Shown: positions 48,607-58,504, counted from the first letter of the stretch. The stretch is 64,000 nucleotides of DNA from an uncultured Pseudomonadales bacterium (GCA_964650185.1 CAZYRN010000005.1:18640-82639); one strand, 5' to 3'. Numbers and translations: made by a program. Notes: generated by a model not told the origin, from the letters alone.

Positions 48607-49143
48607 ATGAAACTTATTTTGATTGGAATCCAGGGAGCTGGAAAATCCACCCAAGGCAATCTACTCTCCAAAGCTTTACAAGTTCCTTATCTATCTTCCG
48701 GTCATATTTTTCGGCAGATGTCAAAAGAAAACCGCTGGATCAAAGAAATTTTAGCTTCTGGCCAGCTGGTTCCCGATAAAACCGTCTTAGAGATCATCGA
48801 AGGCTACCTGTCCAAGCCAGAGTACCAGGAAGGCTATATTCTGGATGGTTTCCCTAGAACTGTTAATCAGGCAAAAAAATTCCATAATGGCATTGATAAA
48901 GTCATTTTCCTGGAAGTTTCTGATAAAGAAGCTTTATGGCGATTGTCTGGCAGAGAGTCTGAGCGCGAAGATGAGACTTTAATGGCCATCAGAAAACGAA
49001 TTCAACTCTTCCATCAAGAGACCAAACCAGTGATTGATTATTTTGCCGCTGAGGGCAAACTTTTAACTGTGGATGGCGAGCAAGATGTTGATGGTGTGTT
49101 TGAGAGCATAATGGCGGGCTTGAATCTGCCAGAAGTAGCGTAA
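48607..49143 (+). CDS. adk: Adenylate kinase, short LID
   Basis: GIQGAGKSTQ, SSG-IFR, LDGFPRT and REDET. Confidence 0.95.
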   Translation: MKLILIGIQGAGKSTQGNLLSKALQVPYLSSGHIFRQMSKENRWIKEILASGQLVPDKTVLEIIEGYLSKPEYQEGYILDGFPRTVNQAKKFHNGIDKVIFLEVSDKEALWRLSGRESEREDETLMAIRKRIQLFHQETKPVIDYFAAEGKLLTVDGEQDVDGVFESIMAGLNLPEVA

Positions 49144-49248
49144 AACCGTCGCTCAATAAAAAAACAGCCTTTTTACTTCAAGCCATGACACCAGATGTAT
49201 AATTTGGTATAATATACGTTCTGTACCAGTTACAGATAATTAACTATT

Positions 49249-49578
49249 ATGGGAAAAGTACAAGATCATAAACGAGCAGCTAAGGCCAAGCGCCAGGTCG
49301 ATCAAACCGAGACTCAGACAGTCAGTCCGGACCGAATTGAGATTGAAGGTGAGATTGAGCAGTGTTTGCCTAACACGATGTTTAAAGTGAGAGTCACCCA
49401 GGCTCCCATTGAAGCTTTGGTGGGCAAAGAGCTCTTGGGTACTTTGGCTGGCAAAATGAGGCTCTATCGAATTAGAGTTATGCCTGGTGATCAAATCAAA
49501 GGTTATGTCTCTAAATATGACCTCGGAAAATGTAAAATAACCTATAGAACAATCAAAACTACTTCGCAGTCAAATTAG
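49249..49578 (+). CDS. infA: Translation initiation factor IF-1 with N-terminal extension
   Basis: IEIEG-I---LPNTMFKV, GKMR--RIRV-PGD and YDL-K--ITYR. Confidence 0.95.
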   Translation: MGKVQDHKRAAKAKRQVDQTETQTVSPDRIEIEGEIEQCLPNTMFKVRVTQAPIEALVGKELLGTLAGKMRLYRIRVMPGDQIKGYVSKYDLGKCKITYRTIKTTSQSN

Positions 49579-49640
49579 TACTTTTCTGATTTAGAAGTAT
49601 GAGGTATAGTTATGCCCTGTTTGAAGGACAAAAGGTAATT

Positions 49641-49757
49641 ATGAAAGTTAAATCATCTGTCAAAAAACGCTGTAAGGACTGCAAGATCGTCCGTCGTCAG
49701 GGTGTAGTGCGGGTGATTTGTAAAGTAAATCCTAGACACAAACAAAGACAAGGATAA
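49641..49757 (+). CDS. rpmJ: 50S ribosomal protein L36 (Zn-binding form); not in the ORF track
   Basis: Translates to [38 protein letters not shown]. Confidence 0.98.
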   Translation: MKVKSSVKKRCKDCKIVRRQGVVRVICKVNPRHKQRQG

Positions 49758-49763
49758 ATATTT

Positions 49764-50135
49764 ATGCCACGTATTGCCGGTTTTGACATTCCAGATGAAA
49801 AAAAGATCTCTTATTCCTTAAGATACATTTATGGTGTTGGCCCGCAGCGAGCTGATGAAATTGTCAAATTAGCTCAAATTGATGCCGAAAAAAGAGCTAG
49901 AGACCTTTCTGGTGATGAGATTAATCGAATTGCTAAACAGCTGGAAAAATACACTATCGGCGGTAATTTGCGCCGAGTTGTTCGTGATAATATTGAGCGA
50001 TTAAAGAGAATTAGCTCCTATCGAGGCGGCCGACACCGTTTTAATCTGCCGACCAGAGGTCAGCGAACTAGAACTAATGCGCGAACTTTGCGCGGTAAGC
50101 GGAAGACAGTTGGCTCACAAGCCAAAGAGGCATAA
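49764..50135 (+). CDS. rpsM: 30S ribosomal protein S13
   Basis: MPRIAG-DIP, YIYGVG and RGQRTRTNART. Confidence 0.99.
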   Translation: MPRIAGFDIPDEKKISYSLRYIYGVGPQRADEIVKLAQIDAEKRARDLSGDEINRIAKQLEKYTIGGNLRRVVRDNIERLKRISSYRGGRHRFNLPTRGQRTRTNARTLRGKRKTVGSQAKEA

Positions 50136-50162
50136 GCGTAATTGAAAGAAAATAATTAGACT

Positions 50163-50558
50163 ATGGCAAAACCAACTAAAAAAGCTCCCACCAAAAAGAT
50201 TTCCAAACAAGTTCCTGAGGGCAGAATGTATGTTACGGCGACTTTTAACAGCACTTTAGTCAGCATTACTGATAAAGAGGGCAATGTTTTGGCTTGGGCA
50301 TCAACTGGTGAGTCAGGTTTTTCTGGTTCTCGCAAGTCGACTCCTTATGCTGCTACCATTACCGTTGAGAATGCCATCAATAAAGCTAAGCAGTTTGGAA
50401 TGAGAGAGCTAGATCTTTACATCAAGGGCCCAGGTCCAGGCAGAGATGTGGCTTTAAGAGTAATTCGAGCCCAGCGGATCAAACTTGGCATGATCGCTGA
50501 TATGACACCCGTGCCTCACAATGGCACCAAATCAAGAAAACCGAAACATAATCGTTAA
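50163..50558 (+). CDS. rpsK: 30S ribosomal protein S11
   Basis: GSRKSTPYAA, KGPGPGR and TPVPHNG. Confidence 0.99.
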   Translation: MAKPTKKAPTKKISKQVPEGRMYVTATFNSTLVSITDKEGNVLAWASTGESGFSGSRKSTPYAATITVENAINKAKQFGMRELDLYIKGPGPGRDVALRVIRAQRIKLGMIADMTPVPHNGTKSRKPKHNR

Positions 50559-50587
50559 TATTAATTGAAAAGATTTTAGAACAAACT

Positions 50588-51196
50588 ATGGCAAGATATA
50601 CCGGACCCAAAACTAAATTAGCTCGTAAAGTCTCAGAAGACTTGGGCTTAAAGACCAACTCGCTCAAGGTAGCACGCAGATTGATGGTCAGACCAGGTCA
50701 GCATGGTCATCGCGGCCGTCGTCGTTTATCTGACTACGGTACTCAGCTGCAGGAAAAGCAGAAGCTGAAGTATTTGTATGGGATTTTGGAGAAGAAATTA
50801 CAAAAACTTTATAGTGAAGCTAGCAAAAATCCAACCGCGACGGGCTCAGCTTTATTAAGTTTATTAGAGCGTAGACTGGATAATGTGGTTTATCGGTTAG
50901 CTTGGGCTCCCACTCGGGCTGCAGCTAGACAATTAGTTTCTCACTCTCATGTCCAAGTTAACGGTCGTAAGATGAACATTCCTTCTTATGAAGTTAAAGT
51001 CGGAGATGTGATCAGCATCCGTGATCGCTCCACCAAAATTCCTTATGTGAAGGAATTATTGGCTGAAGAGACTGGTTCCACGGTGGCTTGGCTAGATAAA
51101 AAAGGCCCCGCTGCTCAAGTGAGCCGGCTGCCAGTTAGAGAAGATATTAATGAAAGAATCGACGAGCAGCTCGTGGTTGAGTACTACAGTCGGTAA
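50588..51196 (+). CDS. rpsD: 30S ribosomal protein S4 (no Zn cysteines)
   Basis: MARYTGP, PGQHG, LERRLDNVVYR and VVEYYSR. Confidence 0.99.
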   Translation: MARYTGPKTKLARKVSEDLGLKTNSLKVARRLMVRPGQHGHRGRRRLSDYGTQLQEKQKLKYLYGILEKKLQKLYSEASKNPTATGSALLSLLERRLDNVVYRLAWAPTRAAARQLVSHSHVQVNGRKMNIPSYEVKVGDVISIRDRSTKIPYVKELLAEETGSTVAWLDKKGPAAQVSRLPVREDINERIDEQLVVEYYSR

Positions 51197-51278
51197 AATT
51201 ATTTATTAGGAGTATTAAAAGTATTAACCAGGAAAACAGACTCCGCTCACGCGGGGGGTGAAACAAGGAGAAATAACA

Positions 51279-52226
51279 ATGCAAAACTTAACTGACTACC
51301 CAGTCATGAACCCAGTCTTTGAAGTGACTGAGACCAAAACTGAAGGTAACACTGCTACCATCGAGATCGAGCCGCTAGAACAAGGCTATGGTCATACCAT
51401 TGGTAACGCTTTAAGAAGAGTTTTACTGACCTCATTACCAGGTAGTGCCATCACTATGGTAAAAATTGATGGAGTTGATCATCAGTACACCACTTTAGAG
51501 GGTATGGCTGAAGATGTGGTGGAGCTGATCTTAAATTTAAAACAAGTCCGCGTCAAATCCAGCACCACAGAAGAGAAAGCGAAAATTTTCTTAGATGTGA
51601 CTGGTCCCGCTGAAGTAACTGCAGCCGATTTAGAGCCAGAGTCGGCTTTAGAAATTTCTAATCCAGAATTACATCTGGCCACTTTAGCTAAAGGTAAAAA
51701 ACTGAAATTAGAAGCCACAGTTGAGAATGGGATTGGCTATGATGTCGCTCAAGACAGAAAAGCTGAGTTAATTGGGGAAATTCCCGTTGATGCCTTATTC
51801 TCTCCAGTCATTAAGGTTTCTTATGATGTGGAACAGACTCGGGTTGGTCGTCGCACTGACTATGACAAAATTGTGATGGAGATTGAGACTGATGGTACCA
51901 TGAGTGCTTTAGAAGCAGTTGAACATGCTGCTCGCATTTTGCACCGTCAGTTCAAGCAAATCTTTGAGCCAGTCTTACCAGAGCCAGAAGATATTGGTCC
52001 TGATTTAACTCCAGAAGAAGCCGAAACTTTAAGATTAACCGTAGAAGAGTTGGAGCTGCCAACCAGAATTGCCAACGCTCTCCGCAAGGGTGGATTCAAG
52101 TCGGTGGGTGACTTAATCAGCACTCCCCGCGCCACTATTACCAAGGTCAAGAACTTGGGTGAGAAGAGTGTGGAAATAATTGAAGAAGCTCTGGAGAAGA
52201 AAGGCGTTAAGCTTTCTGAGGAGTAA
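51279..52226 (+). CDS. rpoA: RNA polymerase alpha subunit
   Basis: EPLEQGYGHTIGNALRRVLL, DALFSP and alphaCTD RIANAL...KNLGEKS. Start ATG 51279 follows AAGGAG. Confidence 0.99.
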   Translation: MQNLTDYPVMNPVFEVTETKTEGNTATIEIEPLEQGYGHTIGNALRRVLLTSLPGSAITMVKIDGVDHQYTTLEGMAEDVVELILNLKQVRVKSSTTEEKAKIFLDVTGPAEVTAADLEPESALEISNPELHLATLAKGKKLKLEATVENGIGYDVAQDRKAELIGEIPVDALFSPVIKVSYDVEQTRVGRRTDYDKIVMEIETDGTMSALEAVEHAARILHRQFKQIFEPVLPEPEDIGPDLTPEEAETLRLTVEELELPTRIANALRKGGFKSVGDLISTPRATITKVKNLGEKSVEIIEEALEKKGVKLSEE

Positions 52227-52231
52227 TTGAT

Positions 52232-52792
52232 ATGAGACATCGCGTTAACAAAACTATCTTTAGCCGTGATACCAATCATCGTAAAGCCATGATTAGAAAT
52301 GGTGTACGTAATTTGGTAGAACATGGTGAGATTCAGACTACTAAAACTAAGGCAAAAGAGTTTCAGCGTTGGGCAGACAAGCTAATTAATACTGCTCAAG
52401 AAGGCAGTTTGGCAGCCCGTCGTCAGCTGCACTCTTTTTTTGGTAAGCGGGATGTGGTGAACACTTTAGTTGACAAAATTGCCCCAGCCTACCCTGCGCG
52501 TAAATCAGGTTTTACCAGAATTACCTATGTGGGTCGTCGTCGAGGTGATAATACGGAATTGGTTAAGCTGGAGTTAATTAACAAACCAGCAGAGCTAGGC
52601 AGTTTAGCTAAACCAGCCAGCGCTGAAAAAGCAGCGCCTGCTAAAAAAGCTGCTACTGCCAAAGTTGAGGCCAAGGTTAAGCCAGCCGCCAAAAGCAAAA
52701 CAGCTGCCAAAAGCAAAGCCGCTGCCAAGGCCAAGCCAGCCGCCAAAAGTAAGGCCAAAGGCAAAACAGCTAGTAAATCGAAAGCAAAGTAA
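52232..52792 (+). CDS. rplQ: 50S ribosomal protein L17 with Lys/Ala-rich tail
   Basis: MRHR, HRKAM-RN, I-TT-TKAKE, GFTRI and RRGD. Confidence 0.98.
   Translation: MRHRVNKTIFSRDTNHRKAMIRNGVRNLVEHGEIQTTKTKAKEFQRWADKLINTAQEGSLAARRQLHSFFGKRDVVNTLVDKIAPAYPARKSGFTRITYVGRRRGDNTELVKLELINKPAELGSLAKPASAEKAAPAKKAATAKVEAKVKPAAKSKTAAKSKAAAKAKPAAKSKAKGKTASKSKAK
52675..52789 (+). repeat. Degenerate ~18-nt tandem repeats encoding the AAKSK/AKP tail of L17
   Basis: AAGCCAGCCGCCAAAAG occurs twice and GCCAAAAG three times. Confidence 0.7.
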
Positions 52793-52798
52793 AGTTTT

Positions 52799-53239
52799 AT
52801 GAAAAAGATGAACACCTTCATGCAGAAATCAGCCGATATTGAGCGCCAGTGGCACTTGATTGATGTTGATAATAAAATCTTAGGCCGTACTGCGACTGAG
52901 ATTGCTCAGCTGCTCATGGGCAAACACAAGCCAACTTTTACTCCTCATATTGATGGCGGAGATTTCGTGGTGGTGATAAATGCCAAAAAAGTCGCCCTGA
53001 CTAGAAATAAACCCCAACAGAAAGTTTATCGGCGAGTTTCCCAGCGGCCCGGTGGTTTGACTGAAGTGCCGTTTGCTGTAATGATCGAGAAACATCCCGA
53101 AAAAGTAATTGAAAGAGCAGTTTACAATATGCTGCCTGATAACAGACTGCGTGATCCTCGGATGGCTAGACTTAAAGTCTACCCCGGCAGTGAACACCCT
53201 CATCAGTCTCAATTAGGCATTAATGTAGAGGATAAATAA
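52799..53239 (+). CDS. rplM: 50S ribosomal protein L13
   Basis: W-LID----LGR, GKHKP-FTPH-D-GD and MLP-N-L. Confidence 0.99.
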   Translation: MKKMNTFMQKSADIERQWHLIDVDNKILGRTATEIAQLLMGKHKPTFTPHIDGGDFVVVINAKKVALTRNKPQQKVYRRVSQRPGGLTEVPFAVMIEKHPEKVIERAVYNMLPDNRLRDPRMARLKVYPGSEHPHQSQLGINVEDK

Positions 53240-53242
53240 GCT

Positions 53243-53755
53243 ATGGCAAAAAAAATTACCAAAAAAGTTAAACCACAAAAAATCATTAAACGAGCTCAGC
53301 GCCAGCAGCATCAGCTGCAGACACAGCAGACTGAGCAGAAGAAGTATGAAACTCCTAAAGGTACATATGTGGAGGCTGTCGGCCGGCGCAAAGTGGCCTC
53401 GGCTCGAGTGCGGATTTATGAAACTAAAGATGCTCAATATATCGTTAATGATCAGTTAGCTACAGATTACTTTAAAGGTATTCCTTTAGCCGTTAAAATC
53501 TTTCAAAAGCCTTTTGAATTAACTGGTACGAAAGACAAATTTTCAGTCACTGCCATGGTTGATGGATCTGGTATTAAAGCTCAATTAGACGCAGTAGTGC
53601 ATGGTATCTCCAGAGCATTAGTCGAGTTTGATCCTTCTTTTAAGCCATTTTTGAAGGCAGAAGGCATGCTTACTAGAGATGACAGACTGAAAGAAACTCG
53701 AAAGCCAGGCCGCGGTGGTCGAGCTCGAGCCAAACGGCAGTCTCCAAAACGGTAA
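53243..53755 (+). CDS. rpsI: 30S ribosomal protein S9 with N-terminal extension
   Basis: GRRK-A-ARV, HGISRAL, LTRD-R-KE and QSPKR. Confidence 0.98.
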   Translation: MAKKITKKVKPQKIIKRAQRQQHQLQTQQTEQKKYETPKGTYVEAVGRRKVASARVRIYETKDAQYIVNDQLATDYFKGIPLAVKIFQKPFELTGTKDKFSVTAMVDGSGIKAQLDAVVHGISRALVEFDPSFKPFLKAEGMLTRDDRLKETRKPGRGGRARAKRQSPKR

Positions 53756-53796
53756 ACTTCTCTAACTTTGGTTTTTTGATTCAGACAGCAGTGAAA

Positions 53797-54591
53797 TTAA
53801 CTGCTGGCGCTAGAGTAATGTTTAAGACTCCATCGCCACAGCCATAGGCTGGCCGTTAATATGCCTACACCGATAACCATGGCTAAGCCAGCGCTATAGG
53901 TTGGTTCTAGATTAAGTAAAACCTCAGCCGGGATGGTGATCATCATGCCCACTGGGATGATAAAAAACAAAGCTAATCTCATCGGTTCTAAATAAATTGA
54001 GACGGGAAATCTGCCTAATCTCATTAAATCTCGATACATCCAAATCACACCTTCTACCTCAGTTGTCAGCACTCCCACTACTAAAACTATAATATGAAGA
54101 GCAGTGGCAATTAAAAACGCATTTGCCAGTAAGACCAAATACCACAACACAGATGACAAAGACACCGAAATCTGCAGCGTAGTGGCGATGTAGATACTAA
54201 CTAAAGTCGTTGGAATGAAGAAAAAAGCATCATTGATGTCTGGTTGGCCGGTTAAGGCCCGAAAAAGCGGACTGATCGGCTTAGCTAAGTCAAAATCAAA
54301 CGTGCCAGTCCTGATTTTTTCCCTAAACTCATAAACACCGCGGTAAAAAATTTGAGAAAAAGTATCAATAAATTGATAGGTTAGATAAAAAATTAGCACC
54401 TGATCGGTGGTGTACTGGTTAAAATGTGCAATTTGATCTCTAATTAAAAAGAGAAATAATAGTGACATTGAAACACGGATGGTTTTGCCAATAAAAAAGA
54501 GAACATTACTGGCTCGATTTACAAAAGCCACCTGCAGGGCGTTTAAGGCAGTGATGGTCCAGATGGTCCAATATCTTTTAAATAGTTTCAT
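53797..54591 (-). CDS. ABC-2 type (ABC2_membrane_6-like) permease
   Basis: IRTGTFD--L-KPI, GRFPVSIY and YSSASS end; multiple TM helices. Confidence 0.88.
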   Translation of the reverse strand: MKLFKRYWTIWTITALNALQVAFVNRASNVLFFIGKTIRVSMSLLFLFLIRDQIAHFNQYTTDQVLIFYLTYQFIDTFSQIFYRGVYEFREKIRTGTFDFDLAKPISPLFRALTGQPDINDAFFFIPTTLVSIYIATTLQISVSLSSVLWYLVLLANAFLIATALHIIVLVVGVLTTEVEGVIWMYRDLMRLGRFPVSIYLEPMRLALFFIIPVGMMITIPAEVLLNLEPTYSAGLAMVIGVGILTASLWLWRWSLKHYSSASS

Positions 54592-54610
54592 TTTGTATCA
54601 ATAGGCCAAT

Positions 54611-55402
54611 TTATTGACCAGCAGCAGTGTAGTCGCGCATTCCCTTTCTCCAGATAATGATAGTCATAGTTCCTAAGATGATCAGCCAGCCAATTAAAGC
54701 CAAGCTATTTAAAATTATTTGTTGAGGACTGAGTCTTTCTAAAAAGATCTGAACCTGAGCATAAGACAGATAGGGGAAGGGAGTTAAATAAACCGCTTTT
54801 TGAATAAATTCCGGCAGGATATCCAATGGGTACAGCTTCCCGGCAGTAAGATCAACTAACATAAAAAACAGAAACTTTGGTCCCCAAGCATCTGGGCTCC
54901 AAAAACCTATGGCGCCAAAGAGTAATGAGATGAAAAAGTTGAGCAAGATGCCGAGACCGATCCACACCACGAAAATGAGTGAGTTAACTAGACTAGGCAG
55001 CTGTAAAACTGGTTGAAAAATAAGATAAAGCAGGAAACTCTCTCCCAAGACAAAGACAATATTCGTAATTTTATCAGCGACGTCTTGAATGCCTAAGTAG
55101 GCAAATAAATTGACCGGTTTAAGCAGTTCAAAACTAATGTTACCTGAGTAGATGTTGCCAGCCAGACCATTGAGTGACGTTGCTAAGATGAAACTTTGCA
55201 AAATTGAGATGAGGAAGATGTAGGTAATCATCTCGGAGCGCTGGTAATTAAAGACAGTCCCTTGCTGTTCAAAGATGACAAACCAGACAGTCAGCGACAT
55301 GATTGAGCTGAGAAAGTTTCTTAACCGCCACATGATGACACTGGTACGGTAAGTTAAGAATGTGCCCCAGGTGAGTTTGAGTGTGAGCAGATATTTGTTC
55401 AT
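54611..55402 (-). CDS. ABC-2 type (ABC2_membrane_6-like) permease
   Basis: I-SG-I---LLKP, AG-LYPLDILP, PFPY and Y-A-G end. Confidence 0.88.
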   Translation of the reverse strand: MNKYLLTLKLTWGTFLTYRTSVIMWRLRNFLSSIMSLTVWFVIFEQQGTVFNYQRSEMITYIFLISILQSFILATSLNGLAGNIYSGNISFELLKPVNLFAYLGIQDVADKITNIVFVLGESFLLYLIFQPVLQLPSLVNSLIFVVWIGLGILLNFFISLLFGAIGFWSPDAWGPKFLFFMLVDLTAGKLYPLDILPEFIQKAVYLTPFPYLSYAQVQIFLERLSPQQIILNSLALIGWLIILGTMTIIIWRKGMRDYTAAGQ

Positions 55403-55791
55403 TGGCCTTCAAGAGAGTAAAAATGACAATCTTCAGCCATGGCTGATAGCACCTGGAGTGTTTTTTGTCTCGACTGATCCATTCTATCAGGAGTCCAATT
55501 TGTTGATTGCACTCCCCAAAGCTTAATTAAGTTTGAGTCTTTAGGTTTCATAATAAATCCATAGTCTTCATCTGTTCTTTCCCATGTTTGCCCAGTTGCT
55601 AATAATTCTCTTGATAGCTGATGAACTATTTGCGAGTGAATAAAATCATATGAGTTGAAAATTGCCAAGTGATTCCCCAACCGAACGAAACGCCACACCA
55701 GATCTGGATTTAATAAAATTTCATTAAGACTTTGCTCATTTAAGATAATAAACGATTTAGCAGATTTAATCTCAGGAGCAATTTTTTCCAT
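55399..55791 (-). CDS. Hypothetical soluble protein inside the ABC operon
   Basis: 130-aa ORF filling the gap, with ATGA overlap into the downstream permease. No recognised motif. Confidence 0.6.
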   Translation of the reverse strand: MEKIAPEIKSAKSFIILNEQSLNEILLNPDLVWRFVRLGNHLAIFNSYDFIHSQIVHQLSRELLATGQTWERTDEDYGFIMKPKDSNLIKLWGVQSTNWTPDRMDQSRQKTLQVLSAMAEDCHFYSLEGQ

Positions 55792-55808
55792 GACCAGCCT
55801 TATATATT

Positions 55809-56807
55809 TTAATTCTTATGCTCAAAAACTTCCCGAATAATTGCTTCAATGGGCGGTTCTTCAATGTTTAAGTCTTCAACTGGCAGCTGCTTTAAGATCT
55901 GACTGGCAACATCCGCGGCTTTTTTTCTAGGCACTAAAATTGTCGCTGTTGCGGCAGACCCATGTTGAGCGTAGTCTTTGACTTGACCAAACTTATTCAG
56001 CTTCTCTATATCGATAGCTTCAGCAAAGACAAGAGATAAAATTTTATTTCGGGCAAATTTATCAATAATATTTTGCAGTTTGCCATCAAAAATTAGCTGA
56101 CCAGCCTCAATAATAATCGCCCGATCACACAATTCTTTGACATCATCCATGTAGTGGCTTGTCAAAATAATAGTGGCATCAAATTCTTCATTGTAAGCTT
56201 TGATAAAGTCACGGAGCGCTTTCTGCATAACTACGTCTAAACCGATAGTTGGCTCATCTAAAAACAACACTTTCGGATTGTGAAGTAAGGCTGCGATCAA
56301 CTCGCACTTCATTCTTTGACCCAATGAAAGTTTACGTACTTGGACGTGTAGGATATTTTGCACCTGCAGCAGCTCGACTAGCTTGTTCAATGTTTGCTGA
56401 AACTGCTCTTCAGGAATTTCATAGATGGCTTGATTTAGTAAAAAAGTCTCCATTGGCGGCAGATCCCACCATAACTGATTCTTTTGTCCCATAACCAAAG
56501 AAAACTGCTTTTGGAACTCTGGCTGCCGGTGCCAGGGGTTGTATCCCAGCACACTGACCTCACCGCCAGTTGGATAAAGCAGTCCGGAAAGGACTTTCAA
56601 AGTGGTTGTTTTGCCCGCCCCATTTTGACCAATAAAACCGACCATCTCGCCCTGTTTTATCTCAAAGGAGATGTTATCGACAGCCTTAACAGTTTCATAC
56701 TCGCGTTTAAAAAGAGATTTAACAGAACCCATTAATCCGGGCTGCTTTTTATAAACCTTAAAATAGCGCTCGAGCTGGTCAACTTTAATTGCAACTTGAT
56801 TTGACAT
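55809..56807 (-). CDS. ABC transporter ATP-binding protein
   Basis: GQNGAGKTT, LSLGQRM, LFLDEPTIGLD and TSH. Confidence 0.96.
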   Translation of the reverse strand: MSNQVAIKVDQLERYFKVYKKQPGLMGSVKSLFKREYETVKAVDNISFEIKQGEMVGFIGQNGAGKTTTLKVLSGLLYPTGGEVSVLGYNPWHRQPEFQKQFSLVMGQKNQLWWDLPPMETFLLNQAIYEIPEEQFQQTLNKLVELLQVQNILHVQVRKLSLGQRMKCELIAALLHNPKVLFLDEPTIGLDVVMQKALRDFIKAYNEEFDATIILTSHYMDDVKELCDRAIIIEAGQLIFDGKLQNIIDKFARNKILSLVFAEAIDIEKLNKFGQVKDYAQHGSAATATILVPRKKAADVASQILKQLPVEDLNIEEPPIEAIIREVFEHKN

Positions 56808-56846
56808 AACCTGTCTATTGTAACTGATTTCAGCCTTATTTCTGAA

Positions 56847-57650
56847 CTAGTTAGCAACTCCTGTGTAATTTTTAATTGATAATTTGAAAAATATTCTGGA
56901 AATAATGAGCATGACAAGCGTGATGACTAAAAAGTACAGCACCCACCAGTAACTTGTTTTACCTAGCAATACCTCGCTGGGGATGGAAGTAATGATACCA
57001 ATGGGCAAAACAAACGTAAATAAAGTGGAAATCAAGCCGGTATAAACGGAACGCGGCACCTGCCAAGCTCGGCGCAAAGAAGGCAACACTTCATTAATAT
57101 TTTCCAGCTTTTCTACATAGAATGAAAAAGTGGTAATGATAAACCACAGGGCATAGACAAAGAAAAAAGCCAGCAGCATCACCAGAATAAACATGATTGT
57201 TTGTATCAAGGTTGGCTGATAGTTAAGCAGACTTAGTCCCCAGAGCAGCATGCCAAAACCAATGAAAAAGCGGAAGATGTTGTTGTAACTATTATTTTGC
57301 GTCATGAGCATAAACTGAGCATCAATCGGTTTTAAGAGCAGTTGGTTAAACTCACCATTGAAGACGGTTCGGCTGTAATTGCGCATATTGCTGGCAAAAA
57401 ATGACCAAGTAAAGGCATCTAAAATGGTAAAAACCGCTAAGATGATATACATTTCATATTTGGTCCAGCCACCGATATTGCCGCTGACACTGACTAAAAT
57501 ATCAAAGAAGAAAAAATTAAAGCCTGTCCAGAGAGCAGAGACAAAACCCCAAAAGAAAAAGTCAGCTCGGTATTCAAATGTTCTCATCAGGTGAATGAGT
57601 CTAAATCTCCAAAAAATGCGCCAGTATCTTTTAATAGTTGTCATTAACAT
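56847..57650 (-). CDS. ABC-2 type (ABC2_membrane_6-like) permease
   Basis: EYRADF, IGGWT, GEFNQLLLKP and P--VY motifs. Start uncertain (57644-57671). Confidence 0.85.
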   Translation of the reverse strand: MLMTTIKRYWRIFWRFRLIHLMRTFEYRADFFFWGFVSALWTGFNFFFFDILVSVSGNIGGWTKYEMYIILAVFTILDAFTWSFFASNMRNYSRTVFNGEFNQLLLKPIDAQFMLMTQNNSYNNIFRFFIGFGMLLWGLSLLNYQPTLIQTIMFILVMLLAFFFVYALWFIITTFSFYVEKLENINEVLPSLRRAWQVPRSVYTGLISTLFTFVLPIGIITSIPSEVLLGKTSYWWVLYFLVITLVMLIISRIFFKLSIKNYTGVAN

Positions 57651-57660
57651 AGTTTTAACA

Positions 57661-58458
57661 TTAACCTCCATGTGAGGAGTAAGCTAGCTTAGCTTTATTC
57701 CAGACTAAATGAGTGGCGAGAGCCAGACCTAGACCAAATAAGCCTAAGTACAGCCAATCTCCTCCTGTTAACCAGTAATTTTCCTGAATCACCGCCACAG
57801 GCACGGCAAATAAGTATTTGAAGGGCAAAGCATTCACTACGGTCTGCAGCCAACTTGGCATCATCACCACTGGAATCATCCAGCCGCTGAGCAGAGTGAC
57901 CAACAGCCATTTAAAATGCTCCAAACCTTCCGCGTACTCAAACCAAAATCCCACCATCACAATCATACTGGCAATAAAAAATTGAATCAGATAGTTGATG
58001 ATGATTAACAAGACAAAAATGACTAACTGTAGCCAAGTAATCTGGGAAAAAGTCAAATGTGCCAACTGACTGATCAGCAAAAAGACAAGGCCAAAAAATG
58101 GTAAGGAGAAAGATATGTAAAATAACTTACCACCTAGGTCACGTAGGAGGAGTTCTTTTAAGTAACTCAGCGGCCTAATCAGATAAAAATCAATCTTACC
58201 GGCTCTAATCTCTTCCACGCGCCAGTTTTCAAAATGAGTGCTGGAGAGAGCATCAATCAGAGTCACCAAGAGATAATATTCAGTAATGGTGCCTAAGCTG
58301 AAGTTGGCCACTTCAGTTTGAGACTGAAAAATACTCAGCCAAATGAAAAATAAGATGAAAAGCGGAAATGTATCCAGCAACAGCCATAACATCACTTCGG
58401 CTCGATATGCTACTGAGGCCATAAAGGAACGCTGGATGAGTTGCCAGTATTTATTCAT
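57661..58458 (-). CDS. ABC-2 type (ABC2_membrane_6-like) permease
   Basis: AYRAE, IRAG-I--YL-RP, LSG-MIP---MP, LPF-Y and YSSHGG end. Confidence 0.88.
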   Translation of the reverse strand: MNKYWQLIQRSFMASVAYRAEVMLWLLLDTFPLFILFFIWLSIFQSQTEVANFSLGTITEYYLLVTLIDALSSTHFENWRVEEIRAGKIDFYLIRPLSYLKELLLRDLGGKLFYISFSLPFFGLVFLLISQLAHLTFSQITWLQLVIFVLLIIINYLIQFFIASMIVMVGFWFEYAEGLEHFKWLLVTLLSGWMIPVVMMPSWLQTVVNALPFKYLFAVPVAVIQENYWLTGGDWLYLGLFGLGLALATHLVWNKAKLAYSSHGG

Positions 58459-58504
58459 GCTTAATTATATTTAATTGCTAATACCCTAATTGCCTTATTG
58501 TACG

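Noticed and set aside
51241-51260. Hairpin CTCCGC-TCAC-GCGGGG before rpoA as a terminator or ncRNA
   Set aside because: Short stem with no U tract; too little to call, though it could be a processing or stability element.
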